Numbered from the whole stretch's first letter, positions 1-12,703 are shown. The stretch: 54,959 bases of DNA, filler included, from Sphacelaria rigidula (GCA_964200075.2; 5 parts of 5 records of this genome joined end to end with filler, not necessarily neighbours in it); one strand, 5' to 3'. The notes: generated by a model from the sequence alone, not told the origin. Numbers and translations: made by a program.

Positions 1-2450
1 AATATTGCCACTTCCTGAGACAGCCACAGCTTATACACTGCCTCATGGGTGCCTCACCATGGAGGAGGGGAGGGGGCGTACTCACTTGTTGTTTGCCTTA
101 GCCGTTTGACTATTGACCACGCATCCCTTTCGAGACGGAGCACCGTTCTTACTCCTAACAAAGACACCTCCAGCATTTAGGTGATCATCAGGTTTCTTCC
201 ATACACCATACAGAAGCGTTTTACATATTATATCTCCGTCCTGTTTCGCCGTCTGTGGCCACCATGTATCTCCTAGTATAACCATCGTTTTCTCGCTACT
301 ATCTGATGCATCAAACGATTTCATGCCACCTTCGTTCACGTCCCTCATTTCCCCCTTGAGCACATCCCGTCCCTCCTTGTATGGTACACATTCTGCCACT
401 ACACGACTTCTGCTCCCTATTACGTTGTCACAGGGGCAATTCTCAGCATATACTTCCTCCTCCACACGACTACTGGGGTATCTCTTTCTTCTTTCCGGCA
501 GGTCCAGGCCCCCCACCCGAAATCGCAGTTTCATTCTTTTTCGCCGCGTCCATTGGGCCATGCATATATGTTTTCATCCCTATCCCCCCTTGCACCCCCG
601 CGTACATCTTCAGGTGTCCTTACTCGTCTACTTTGCGTCTGAGCGCCCCTTTTCCCATTGCTTCTACCATGTCTCTTACTTTTGCCTTGTACCCCGCACC
701 TTCATCTATGGACAGTATTTCGTCTTCGTTTCCTCCTGTACCCTTCCATTATTTCTCGACTTCTCTATCCCACCTTATTCCAGCCTGCACCTTCGTCCTT
801 TTCTCCCGTACAGCCCCAACAACCATGGCTGGTAATCTCTTTCTCTGCATCTTCTTTGCGTTATATATTACTATCTAGATTTTCTCATGCCTCTGTTTGA
901 AGTGGGTACATTCCCAATACCACTCTCAATGCTGTATTACTCGTCGTTTTCGAGCATCCAAGTATTCTCTTAGCTGCTGCCATCCGTACTGTTTCTAACT
1001 TCTTCACCAACTTCACTTTCCCCTTCCATAACATTCCTGTATATTACAGCTTGGCACGATCACGTTCATCAGGATACATATCTCAATCCTAGTGTCTACG
1101 TGCGAGTCCCTAAGGGTCACGTTCCTCCTGTCTATCTGTGCCTCACCCTTTTCTATTACGTTTATTTATGTGTGCATCCCAAGAACAGCTTCTTGAGATC
1201 TTTTCGCCAAGGTATGTATACTGGTCCACGACCGGAAGTTCCTCTTCTCCCCACTTCCATTTGAACTTTACCGGATTTTTCTTGTCTTCGTTATATGCAG
1301 GTACCGGGCATTTGTTAACGTCCGCTGTCACTTTCCATTTCCTACTGTATTCTAGCGCCTTGTCTATTTGTTTCTGTCATGCTTCTACTGTTCCTGATAC
1401 CCCTTCGAAACCATCCACGAACATCAATCCTGATACAATATTTTCACCCTCGTGGACTCCTTCATTTGCTGCTTATATTGCTATTATCAAGTCATTAATA
1501 CATACCGTGATTAAAGTGGGTGATAACGTACACCCTTGTGCAATTCCTTGTGAAATATCAAAATATTTCGATATTTCCCCGTCTAGCATCACAGCACTTT
1601 TGGTACATTCTGTCATCTTCTCTGTTCTCTACATCTTTCCTCTGATGCCAGTTTCCCACAACTTTTTCCGCAGCCCATTTCCCCATACAGTATTATGTCG
1701 TGAGCCTTTTGTACTTGCAGAAAGAAACAGTAAGTTGTCAGCCCGGAATATTTCCTACCTTGAATAATCTCACCTAATGTGTACCCGTGGTCTACGCAAC
1801 TACGGTTTGGTCTAAAACCTGCTTGCCCGTCGCTGATTTTATCTTCCTTTTTTAGCACCGTTCCTACTTTATCAGTTAGAATCTCACAAAATGTTTCACC
1901 CACCGTGCTCAGTAGCGTTATCCCCCTACAATTTCCTGGGTCAACCTTGTCTACTTTGTTGAAAAGGTTGACTACTACTCTTTCTCTCCACCTCTTGGGT
2001 GTCTACTCGTTTTCCCATATCCAGTTATGCAGCATGACGATCAGGGTACTCATTCCCTCTCCCCCGTTCTTCGAAAATTCGTTCACTATTTCGTTCGCCC
2101 CTGCTGCCTTCCTGTCCTTGAGTTTAGCTACGCACTCCTTTACTTCATCTCTGCATTTCTTTGGAGCCACTATCCTCCCGTTTTGACGCCTCTACGTTTG
2201 CTTCTGCTCCCGCGTTGGTTTCTTTTTCGAATTCCGTGTCGAACTTCGCGTTAGGCTTTGGTGTTCCTAGTTCACGGTAGTGCTCGACTAGCACTTCCTT
2301 CTTTCCCCTTTTAACTACTGACCATCTTGCCGTTCTGTGTCCGTAGTGTGGCTATCCCATTGTCTATTTTCCCTGCCTGGCTTTCCATGATCCTTTTTAT
2401 CCCCACCCGGATTATTCCCCTTTCCGCGGCCCTTTGTTTCATTCGACCGA
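1..2450 (-). mobile_element. Decayed non-LTR retrotransposon (LINE) ORF2 reverse transcriptase region plus 3' UTR; frameshifted, clade not determined
   Basis: Minus-strand fragments carry LINE RT motifs in order: QAGFRPNRSCVDH, TYCFFLQVQKAHD, GIAQGCTLSPTL, degenerate (F)ADD as LMFVDG, VDQYTYLG, then C-terminal KLRFRVGGLDLPERRK (ORFs 1613-1903, 1143-1331, 82-561). Confidence 0.93.
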
Positions 2451-2509
2451 GTATGAGTGTGGTTCTGCGCAAGACATTGTGCGCTGGAGCCGTGTGGTAA
2501 AGACCGGTC

Positions 2510-2752
2510 ATTTCTTTCTGTGCTTTATTCCCCTTCTATCTATTTATTTATTTGTTGTTATTATTACTTGTTTACACCTCTAAGGTTACTACCAAGTATG
2601 TCGTTCTGTTCTACCTTTTCTTCTGCTTCTTCTTTTTCTTCGGCGGGTGTTTCAGTTTCTTTTGGGGGGGGGGGGCACGTCTATCATATGGCCACGGCTG
2701 GACCCCTGGGGGGTCAGTTAAAGTGTGACAGTCAATCAAATAATCAATCTAT
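2510..2752 (+). mobile_element. Probable 3' end of a different retroposon, ending in a degenerate (AATC)n tail
   Basis: T-rich tract, then a GC segment, then 'gtcaatcaaataatcaatctatc'; lies between two LINE fragments of opposite orientation. Confidence 0.45.
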
Positions 2753-2950
2753 CAGGTCACCCACCCGAAATCTCACTTTCAGCGTCTTCGCGAAGTCCAT
2801 TGGGACCTACAGATACGTTTTCCATCCTTATCTCTCTCAACCCCCCGTAAACCTTCAACTGATCCTCCGCGTCCACTTCGTTTCTCAGCGCCAGTTTCTC
2901 CACATTCACCTAATGGCACTACCTCTTCTTGCTTCCCTCCAAATTCCTTG
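2752..2950 (-). mobile_element. Second fragment of the same LINE family (C-terminal region)
   Basis: 'caggtcacccacccgaaatctcactttcagc...gtccattgggacc' aligns by eye with 499-560 'caggtccaggccccccacccgaaatcgcagtttc...gtccattgggcc'. Confidence 0.8.
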
Positions 2951-3523
2951 GGGGTGGGTGGGGGGGGGGGCTGGCACCGCACACTATTGTCGCACATATC
3001 GACGTACTTGTCCCACTCAGATCGTGACGAATGCATCGAAAAGCTCGAATACCGCCGCAGGAACCTCGCAAAAGATTTCTTGCCGTCAACAAAACGTCTG
3101 AATATTGTCTCGTGAAGTACTACAAAGTCAGCTTGGGCAATGTGATTCCCTACCTTCGCACACATATTTGTCGGCAGCCGCACGGTCCCGGTGGTCGATC
3201 TCGTACAGCAACGGCCAGTTTCGGCGGATTTTGGGGGATTCGAGTCCCGACAGATATGGCCAATTCATGCAGAAAATGGCTCGAAAGCGTGCGGGGGTGA
3301 GAGGCAAAATACATCCCATGAAGGTCGACGGGCTACAGCAGTAGTACTGATCCAACCTTTTCGAAACAAAATTGACCACCTGTATATACCGCGAAAAAGA
3401 CGAGTCGCTCCCTTTAAGACAACGGGCTCATTCCGGGGAGCGGGCGGGCTGTATGAAGAGCATGATGGCAATGACCAAGAGCAAGATTCAACCCATAAAT
3501 TCGAAAAGCGTCCAACGGAATCA

Positions 3524-3987
3524 GGCCGCTTCTTATAGACTGAAAAAAAAAACTCTCTGAGAACTGCCCTTTTGAACATTTCATCCAGGATCCTTGGCGG
3601 AATACGGGCCTTGCCGGATTTGGCCTCCTCGGAAACATTTGCTGTATTTTTGACGAGGATTTCAGCGCGCTTGTCCGATCTTTTACACCCCCAGTTCACT
3701 CGTGGCCGGATTCTGGAATTTTTCAGACACCTTGAAAAAATTTCGAGTTCGTGTTTTCCTCGACAACTCGACGATTTTCGCGGCGACTGAAAAAATCCAG
3801 AATCCGGCCGAGAGTAAAACTGGGAGTACGAAAGATCGGACTAGCGCGCTGGAATCCTCGTTAAAATATAGCAAATCTTTCCGAGGAGCCCAAATCCGTC
3901 AAGGCCCGTATTCCGCCAATAACCCGGAATGAAAGGTTCAAAAGGGCAGCTCTCAGAGATATTTTTTCCAGTCTATAAGAAGCGGCC
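3524..3987. mobile_element. MITE, PIF/Harbinger (Tourist)-like, ~65-bp TIRs, TCA target-site duplication
   Basis: Left GGCCGCTTCTTATAGACTG...CTCTGAGAACTGCCCTTTTGAAC; right GTTCAAAAGGGCAGCTCTCAGAG...CAGTCTATAAGAAGCGGCC. TCA at 3521-3523 and 3988-3990. Confidence 0.9.
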
Positions 3988-4440
3988 TCAGGTACAGTAC
4001 GGTACAAAGCGGACTTGCGGGTGCACATCAGTAGGATAGTTCCACAGCGATCGGAATCCTCTGTTGTAATCGGTTTGTTCGCCCCTCAACCCAGCCTAGT
4101 TCTGGCAAGCAAGCGCACGTTTCGCGGCCATGCGCATGTATCCCTCATCAACCTGTGCAGTAAAATCGGTGTTTTCCACATCTGCATGGCGACTAACCCC
4201 TTACTCATAATTTGGGGCTGGCGAACGTATGTGTTTCACTCCACATGAGACTAAAATGGCAATGCATGAAGGAATGGGGCTAACTAGCGCAGTGTTCTAT
4301 GTTCTTCAGCTTCTGGCATGATTTGCTGACCTACATACTGCACCCAGATCATGAACCAAATGCACGTATTACATATACGCCATCAACCGACGACGACTTG
4401 TTTTGGACTTTTGTCGGGATGAATCATGAATCATATACGC

Positions 4441-4479
4441 TTTTCTGGTCAGCTTTCCTGGTCAGCTTTTCTGGTCAGC
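4441..4479. repeat. 13-bp tandem repeat x3 (TTTYCTGGTCAGC)
   Basis: Three consecutive copies seen directly. Confidence 0.85.
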
Positions 4480-4936
4480 ATGTTGCTCACCTGGATCACA
4501 GACGCAGTCGGGCATGCTGGCATTCTCGTTCAGCTGTTGAACCATGACCATTCTCGACGCCGTTTGCCCTTCCAATCGATCGGTCCCGTTAGTTTGCCAA
4601 AAAATTCGGTCTACGAGAACGCCCCCGAGGAATGCAGTCGCGACGCCTGCCGTCCACTGCAGTCCGTGGTAGCTCTTCATCGTTCTGAGGACTGATCTTG
4701 CAGCAGACGCTTAGCCCAGGACAGCATGCAGCACCAGGACACCCCCCTCTAGACTTCTTGGGGCACTTGAAGCCTGGCTGACTCTCCAGAAGAAGTATGG
4801 TGAGTGCTAATACCGTCCTGGTTTGGTATTTGTCGAATGACGTATGCAGCAAGTGCAAGATTTCGCACTACTGTTGTCCGTCATCCTCATCGCAAAATAC
4901 TGTAGGGAGCGTATATTGTGGAAAATTCTCCACTTA

Positions 4937-5113
4937 GGCCAACTCTTATGGGAGCGTTTAGAATTTTATTATGCAATGATTTTGAACGACTTTTTTTCTT
5001 CTTCTTTGCCGTAGTCGTGTATTTTGTGCCCGGTCACCATGATGACAAAGAAAAAAAAACTCCTCTGAAATTGTTGCAAAATAAAATTACAAACGCCCGC
5101 ATAAGAGTTGGCC
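4937..5113. mobile_element. Short hairpin MITE, PIF/Harbinger-like, TTA target-site duplication
   Basis: GGCCAACTCTTATG...CATAAGAGTTGGCC termini with imperfect pairing over most of the length. TTA at 4934-4936 and 5114-5116. Confidence 0.9.
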
Positions 5114-5800
5114 TTAGTGAACAATGAATGTGCGCTTCCTGAACTGACGGATATTCTGTGAGATACACAGTACCACATGACACGTTTGCACGGTCAGGAC
5201 AGATCATCACGACTCAAAATCACCAAATTCACGATTTCTTCGACCTGATTGNNNNNNNNNNGCAACTTTTGCGCTATTCCACGTGTCTGGACTGCGTGTA
5301 CCTAGGTTGCAACGATGAAAAAAGCCTAGGGATTGATTCGTCACGAGTCGACTCATTATACTAAAACCAAATAATTTCCAGACGAATCATTACCGGTATT
5401 TGTCCGACCATTGCACATTTGTATCCGGAAAGACATGTCTAATCCCCGACAGGAGTCTCCGGCATATCGAGATGACAAGCGCACTACCCTGCAGACCACC
5501 AGACCCTGCGTAAGACGGGAAACAAAAGTCCTCCGAGGCGGTCACGGTCAGCAACTGCTTTTCCCCTTACCCTGTCTCAGGGCGGTTCCTAGCGATGAAG
5601 AACGGGGTCACTTTTTCTATTTTTCACGTCTTGCGTTCACATTATCCCTTTACTTTCTGGATCTGAAAATATGCACCACCTTTCCCCCACAGCTATTCCG
5701 CTTTACACATTCAGATTCGGAGAGCGGGCACCCCCGAAACTCTGCGCTTCTGACTGTTTGAAACAAGTGAAGCGAAAGTCCAGCCCTGATACCCCTCGCG

Positions 5801-6085
5801 GTGTTCAGGAAGCGAACAGTTTACCCGCTCACTGGGTCAATGGGTAAGCTGTTCGCTTGCTGGACAAAAGATATGCTGTGTGGTCCGTCCCGGCATGACA
5901 CTCCAGTGATCTCCGGGGTGTTCTGCCCATCGCATGCGTCACTGTCAACATTTCAAATTTCACCAATAATCGATCGTCTGAAGTCTCGAATCTCCACCCT
6001 CTTGTTCCACAAGCGGGCATTTGACCATTGAGCCACCAGTGAGCGCTCACAGGTTCAATGGGTAAACTGTCCGCTTCCTAAACAC
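5801..6085. repeat. Dispersed repeat with palindromic ends; core recurs at 9910-10061
   Basis: GTGTTCAGGAAGCGAACAGTTTACCC (5801) is inverted at 6060-6085. Core 'tggtccgtcccggcatgacact...gtctcgaa' is shared with the second copy. Confidence 0.75.
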
Positions 6086-6939
6086 ACAACACGACCAAAC
6101 TGCAACTAGACGTGTATTTGCTGTTCTTGGGGGTGATGATGACATTGGGCACTTGAACTGCTCGTATGACACCGTTCGACGTGATGTGGAATGTAACGTA
6201 GGGCATGGTCACAAAAACGTCGAGCATGACGCTACTGCTGTCGCTTTCCCATCGTCACGGGTGAAAAATGGGAACGCGGGTGGAAACCTTCCGAGAGTAT
6301 TCTTATTTTTTAGAGTGGCCCCAACGCAAAAATACATCAGCGACGTATTCGCTTCGCGGACGACAGGTTGATATCATTTCTGATCTCGCAAATGACCATT
6401 GCCACCTTCGTGCCAACAGCCACGAGAATAGTATTTGAGGACGACCGCACAAGTAATGGCGGGAGCAATGTGCAAGAATGCTGTATTGCAAAAATAGAGA
6501 CAGTGACTTTTCGTCGCCATTCGAACGCCGCGCGCGATGCAACAAAATCGGCACTACACGGCGGGCAGTCGGAGGGCGAAGACATTACCGATAAACTCGA
6601 AAACTATTGCTCATTTCACAAAAATAATATTTTAGTGGCCCATAGTTCTCTTGTGAACTATTATACGTTTGCGCTCGCATCGTAGAATTTCGTCAACTGA
6701 AGCTTTAATTGATCAATACCCTGCAGTACCCTCCATTTTTCGCCCTGTATAGAGCTCTGTTGTGCAAGTTATCAGTTCAGTGTGGTACAACAGTATCGCA
6801 CCGATCAGTCACAGGACGTTGACAGTAGACAGATTTGGAGAAAACAGGTTTTCATTCTCGATACCGCGCAGACCCCTTCAAAAGCGTTGCCTGTCTAGAC
6901 TGATCGACTACAAATCAACCACTACGGAGAACCCCGTAC

Positions 6940-7337
6940 TGGGTTAAAAAAAGGGGTAATAATGATGCTTTCAAGATCCTCCGCGACTAGTCGCACTTGG
7001 ACATGGCCATGTGCCTTGCTTTTCAAAAGAATCCATTGTCGAAAACCATCACTCTTTGGAGATTGGGGACCGCGTCCTCTACGATGATAATTGTACTGTA
7101 TCTTGAGGACAGAGAAGAGGAAACGAAAGTCAGGCCGTGTAGGTAGGCATGCCTCAACATGACATATGGGGAAGCAACATCTCATAGAACACCTACCGAC
7201 GGTACATTACAAGCACCTGTATAGTTGTTGTATGCCGTTGTAGCGCTAGTGCGCGTGCAGCCCAGGCACAGCAGTCAAACCAGCCCTCGTCTGTAGACGT
7301 CGAATTTAGGTGTGGTGATTGGGCTGCACACAGTCCA
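6940..7337 (-). CDS. Two candidate internal exons (7337-7217, 7101-6940) of an unidentified gene
   Basis: Pyrimidine-rich acceptors (gtccaacag|, gtcctcaag|), GT donors, open and phase-compatible (2->0, 0->0). No recognisable domain. Confidence 0.3.
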
Positions 7338-8948
7338 CTGTTGGACGGTCGAGGACAAGAGGACAAGAGGACAAGGAGCAAGACAGATGGGAAATGTAGA
7401 GTGTGGAACGGAATACGGAATGATCACCTACTGGTGCAGACGAAATGCCGCAATCTAACAAGGCATAAATTTCGTACCTTTGAAGTGTGCAGAAGACGAG
7501 GATTATTTTGCCGAGTGTTGGCACCTTGGGGAGCCAAAATGACGCTACTGGTTGCATTGATAAGTGCTGCGGGACCGCATAAATTTTCTAGCAGTGTCTA
7601 CTTCGAAAAAGTTCACCGTATGAGCGCTCGCAACGGAATGACTACTGTAGTGTTGGCGTATCAACATATCGATATGTTGTCCATCTTGACCTGCCGTCAG
7701 CAGGCTGCTAACTGACCGTTTTGCTGGGCTGGACTGGACTGACAGGGGACACTGGAGTGCGAACAAGCGACCAAAATCAAAGCCTTCTCCAAATCTGATC
7801 CATGGCTTTCACCTGGTCCTCACCGCTACTGCAGACTGATGTGTCAAAATTACAAACGTGACCCCGGCTGCGGTACTCACTTCGCGGTAGAGTACTACGA
7901 CATGCGTACACGACGATACCTTTCCGTAGATATATGATATCTGGATACGAGTACGGTATCTGGATCTTATAAACGATGTCAGCTCGGGACTGTGCGCCCG
8001 AGACTGTCCGTGGGCTAAGTTAGTACGTACTCCCCGTGCAAGAAATCAACCGTTAGAGTCAGTTCGACGAACGCCCTGGGGGGCACGCCATGTCTGAGGA
8101 AGGACGTGTTAAGGGTCGTATAGAGCTTAGCTCTGTTTTATTTGCTGCTGGAGCGGGAGCAGTCGGCGCTTGGTTGTGGTATCGAAACAGGTGCGCTCTG
8201 TGACAACCGTCACAGCTCAAAGGCTGCGCAACTCTGTGCAGCACTCTTGCTGACGATGCACTACTCGTAGTGCGCCGTACCGTCTGTACTAAACCCTGTA
8301 GACATAATGTTGCAGCAAGCACGTATGTTGGTGCGCGATGACAGTGTCGCTTTTGCCTTGAGGCTATATTGAAAGCAATCCGTTTTAGTGTTTTGCGGGA
8401 ACGCTGTCCGTTGCCAGCTCTCCAATCGAAGCCCACCTCTTGAAAAATCAGGTATAAATAGAGTCAGTTATTTTGGGTGCAGCCCAAACATGCGCGTCCC
8501 TCGTACAGGACCATGTACCTTACCGACTTGTGTGCCGTACTGTCTGCACCGCAATCTTCGGACACAAAAATTCAGCTAGCGCGCATGTTGGTCTGCTATG
8601 AAAGCCTTGTTACTGATATAAACCTGCACTGGCAACAGTTCATTTTCTTGTTCAGCTGGACGGCTGTCAGGTCTCGGCTCTCCAATTCAAGCATTGTACA
8701 ATGCGGTGAAAATAGTGTAAATAGAGCACACGTCGGACGGATCACCTTCCATAGGATGCGGGTCATACAGCTCAAGTGTGAACACGCTTGCGTACCCGAT
8801 TCGGGTGATACAACAGTGCAACTAGTTATGTAACGGTCGTCGTGATCCGGATATCACCTATCAGGAGGCAGGCGCAAAAAGTACATCCACCGATATAGGG
8901 GGAAACAAGGATCCAACTTCACCTTTTATTATGGCCGATCTCACGTCG

Positions 8949-9162
8949 TTTTTTTTATTCGAGAGCTGTCACTCAGTCTACATCGATCAGTGGTCGAGAC
9001 TCAATCGTAGACTGAATACATCCAGACAACAGTACGTAGTCCGTCGAAGCCAATAAGAGTCGTAAACGATAAGAAGACCGACGAAGGGATTTGAACCCTT
9101 ACTCTCTCTCTGCGAAACGCGAGCGAGACGGAGAGTGCTCTTTCCAGTTAAGCTACGTCGGT
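8949..9162 (-). mobile_element. Probable tRNA-derived SINE: tRNA-like head, body hairpin, A-tail
   Basis: Head at 9162-9077. No T4 terminator follows it. Stem at 8973-8981/9007-9015, then AATAAAAAAAA. No TSD found. Confidence 0.55.
9076..9162 (-). tRNA. tRNA-like cloverleaf with an abnormal 20-nt anticodon loop (isotype uncertain; pseudo-tRNA or SINE head)
   Basis: ACCGACG/CGTCGGT acceptor stem, GCTT/GAGC D stem, CTCTC/GAGAG anticodon stem, 5-nt variable loop, AAGGG-TTCAAAT-CCCTT T arm. A and B boxes intact. Confidence 0.7.
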
Positions 9163-9909
9163 AGCGTTGAGTGGACAGGACAGGGCTCGAGTCAGCTTGA
9201 CAGACAGAGTGGAGGTGAAGAGAAGAAGTTGTTGTGAGCTGAGTTGGGGATGGCCTGCGATCTCTCCATGCAGCTCATCTCAGACAACAGGACATGGATC
9301 AAAGGACCCCGACAGACATTGGCCTAGAGTTCAGTTCAACGTGTAGATCACCTTGGGTTTGGTGTGTACAACATTCGGTGACTCTTGGGCATATTCGGTC
9401 TGATATTGTCCCGATATTCCGAGACAAACAGACCATCCTCCAAAGATCTAGCGGACGTCTGAGGAACCTTCCTCAATGCTAGAACGTTCCCATGAATCGA
9501 AACAATAAAAGGTTCTTGGACAGAACCATAAGGTATGTTGGGTTCTCGTAAGTGTGATTCACAGAGCCCACATTTTTTATTTTGTTGGGAGCAGTGTCTC
9601 TCATACAAAACCAACTCGTCGTGTACGGGTTATAAGGATACACGGGCTCTTCTTGACGTTTCGTGTACACCTGATTCAGAGTACATAGGTGTGCCCAACG
9701 AGATCATGTACGGATACTCGGGTCATACAGATCATCATCAGACATATATGCACGGGTGGCCACGGGTACACGTTATATCAAGCGGTTACGACCAACCTGC
9801 CGTAATGTAGGCTATCTGCATTTTGGAACCTGGTAGGTTCTGTAGCGTACCCGCGTAACGTCTGAGGTTACGGAACGTTCGCAGTCACAGGGTGGAAAGT
9901 TATGGAAGG

Positions 9910-10061
9910 TGCCTGTTCGCTTCCTGAACAAAAGATGTTGCATGGTCCGTCCCGGCATGACACTTCAGCACTACGGGACGTCCTGCCCCTCGCAAACCTC
10001 ACTGTTCACATCTCAAATTCCACCGACGACCGATCATGAGGAGTCTCGAACCCCGACCTCT
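9910..10061 (-). repeat. Second copy of the 5801-6085 core, with a B-box-like GGTTCGAGAC on the minus strand
   Basis: Visual alignment to about 5849-6003. Confidence 0.7.
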
Positions 10062-10913
10062 TCAGTCGTACGCCAAACGAAAAAGAAAAAAATCGGAACG
10101 GAATCCGGCATCTTTTCGCCCCAATACGTGCGCACACACCGCGCAACCCCAGAGTCAGCAAGATGAGGTTGTTGTCTGTAGTCTATATGACATGTGGTCG
10201 AAGTTTGAGCACGTAAAAGCACCAACAGCGCTTGCACGGCCGTGTCTCCTGAAGTGAGCACCTCTACAGGCGATACCAAGATAGGTACCGCGTAGAATGA
10301 CATCATCCAGAGGTGCGCAATACGGATCGATGTGTTCGTTTGCCGGGGCAGGAGCCACTCAGCAGGAAGTGAGCGTATCTGCGTGTCAACATATGGATCC
10401 ACTGACGTCTCGCGCAGTCTGGGCCGAGGGAACTGCGTTTTGAGGGCGTATCGATGGCATTGCCCAAAATCCGTATTTTGCTTCGTGCCTCTAGCGCACC
10501 ACGTAAACGCGCCGCCGCTCCGGGAATATCCTGTCTGTGTTGTGGTCTACCTTTGTGCCAAGTTTCAGGCTGGTTCAAACAGACACGGCGGAGAAATCCA
10601 CGAGCAAAATAACCTTTGATTTGTACTGAAAATACAGTACTAAACCCTGTTGAACCGTCGAAAGATACATAAGGTGCCCATGATTTTTGTGTGCGGGAAT
10701 CTTGGCAGTTGACTTTTTTTTTTTTGGCGTGAGACTGGCAGACGGCGTGGACAATAGCACACGAGCAGGGCGACAATTAATGACGTAGCCTAACTGGATT
10801 TCGCAAGGACTGTTATGGGCGCGCCTGATCCCCCAAAATGAGCCAAAAAAGTGTCACCGACCAAAAGCACGAACAGACCGGAGATCTCGTTCATCCCCTG
10901 ATTATGCACGCCG

Positions 10914-11013
10914 NNNNNNNNNNNNNNNNNNNNNNNNNNNNNNNNNNNNNNNNNNNNTTAATTAATTAANNNNNNNNNNNNNNNNNNNNNNNNNNNNNNN
11001 NNNNNNNNNNNNN
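10914..11013. other. Artificial contig linker
   Basis: 44 N + TTAATTAATTAA (stops in six frames) + 44 N. Confidence 0.98.
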
Positions 11014-11241
11014 GTGCGAGAGGGGACATGGTGGCGCGAGGTAGGTAAAGAGATGAAATAATGGGTGTCTTTTTTTTTTTTCGTAAAGTCAAGGAGGAAA
11101 AAACAGGAAAACCAAAAAAAAAGGGGAAGAGTCCTCTGGCGCCAATATGTCTCAATCTTGGAGAAATTGTGTTTCCTTTCGTACCAGGTATGACTCACCA
11201 GCAAGCGAGTGAGCTTCAAGTTCCGATACGGTGCACTGTAG

Positions 11242-11242
<1 letters not shown>

Positions 11243-11300
<58 letters not shown>

Positions 11301-11316
11301 ATCACACACACACACA
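11243..11316. repeat. (CA)n microsatellite
   Basis: Seen directly. Confidence 0.97.
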
Positions 11317-12694
11317 AAGATCCGGAAAAAATAAAAAGCAAAGTGCGATACGACGGCATGTAGCGGACACGTTACGTCATGTGTATCTTGAAGAGGTAAC
11401 AGGGGAGTGTGGTGGTGGGTGAGGGGATGAATGGCATCCATCGTGATGAACACCGCTGAAAGTTGCGTTTTTTTCCCTTTTTTTCTGGAACAGTAATCCC
11501 GTAGGTGACGGTGTAGAACCACCGGTACGCGGCACAACACCCCCTGGATAAGACCCATGGTTGATGAGGTTTTCCCTATTCGTGGTACAGAATCATGTTG
11601 GTATCCACACTGCTGTTTTGGCGTACGTAGTGCATGATCCCCATTACTAACCACCCCCGGGTGATGACGTTTCGGACCTCAAACCTCATCATATTCACGA
11701 TGGTCGTAGTATATCTCGGCGAGTAGAACAAAAAAATAGGGGGATGGGCTCGCAATGTGCCTCTGAGTACCTTGCCAAATCACGTGTTCAAATTTCAGGT
11801 CTCAACTCGAAGCAGTGAGCGGCGCATGATCGTATGTTTGCAGATAATGTCCCGACATCGTTCTGCTTACAAAATTCCATACAAAAGAGGGAGTATAGTG
11901 TCTTGGCAATGTCTTATGGATGACGATGAATCACAGAATCCTTCGCCGTTTTATTATGGCGTCGGGATTAACGAGCTCAGAAATTTTGGTCAAATTCGGT
12001 TATAGATTTGTTCCATGTAAAATTCCCAGGAGAGCCAGACACAAAAATCCCCAAACGAAAAGGTGCGAAACTCGAGACGCAAGTTACTCGACAGCAACCC
12101 GGCGGATTCCAAACCTGGATAGCTTCGGGTGACCACCTCAACTAGTGGATTACAACGAAACGCTCAGCTTGCCTTGGCTCGATGTTATTCAAAATACATG
12201 ACCATCTGGCATAATGTGCGTTTGTTCTTCGGCCCAGCTGTATGCATATGCTGCGATCGTAGCGCGCCGCCATCTCCTTCGTGATAGTGGAGCTGTCATT
12301 TTTCAAACGCAAGCCCCAGAGTTGGACATTACTCATCCCACTCCCGTCCCTCCATAGTTTTGGTTCGTTTTGATATTATAGTATGACAATCATCGTGATG
12401 TTTGTACGTCCTGCCTGTACACCCTCAGTTCACCGTCGAAATAAACACCTCATGCTTGATGGCACGCAGGTGAAGGGGCCAAGCGACCGCTTGTCTGACC
12501 GTCAAACGGCTTGGCTGCGAATCTTGCACCATGGTGGTGCACGCGTTGGGGTTTGCCACGTGTCAGAGGGCGAGGGGGGTAGTCACGTGTTCGAGTAAAG
12601 CGTGTGAAGGAAGCACCGCCGCCGGAGCTACATTGTAGCATCCTTTTTTTCGGGTACGATCGATATCGATATCGCGGTCCAAGCTCTCGTGATC

Positions 12695-12703
12695 GTTGTT
12701 GTG

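Noticed and set aside
323..2254. Plus-strand ORFs of 135-209 aa
   Set aside because: Antisense shadows of the purine-rich LINE coding strand.
10958..10969. TTAATTAATTAA palindrome recurring every ~11 kb as a biological motif
   Set aside because: Always embedded in 44+44 N; it is an assembly linker.
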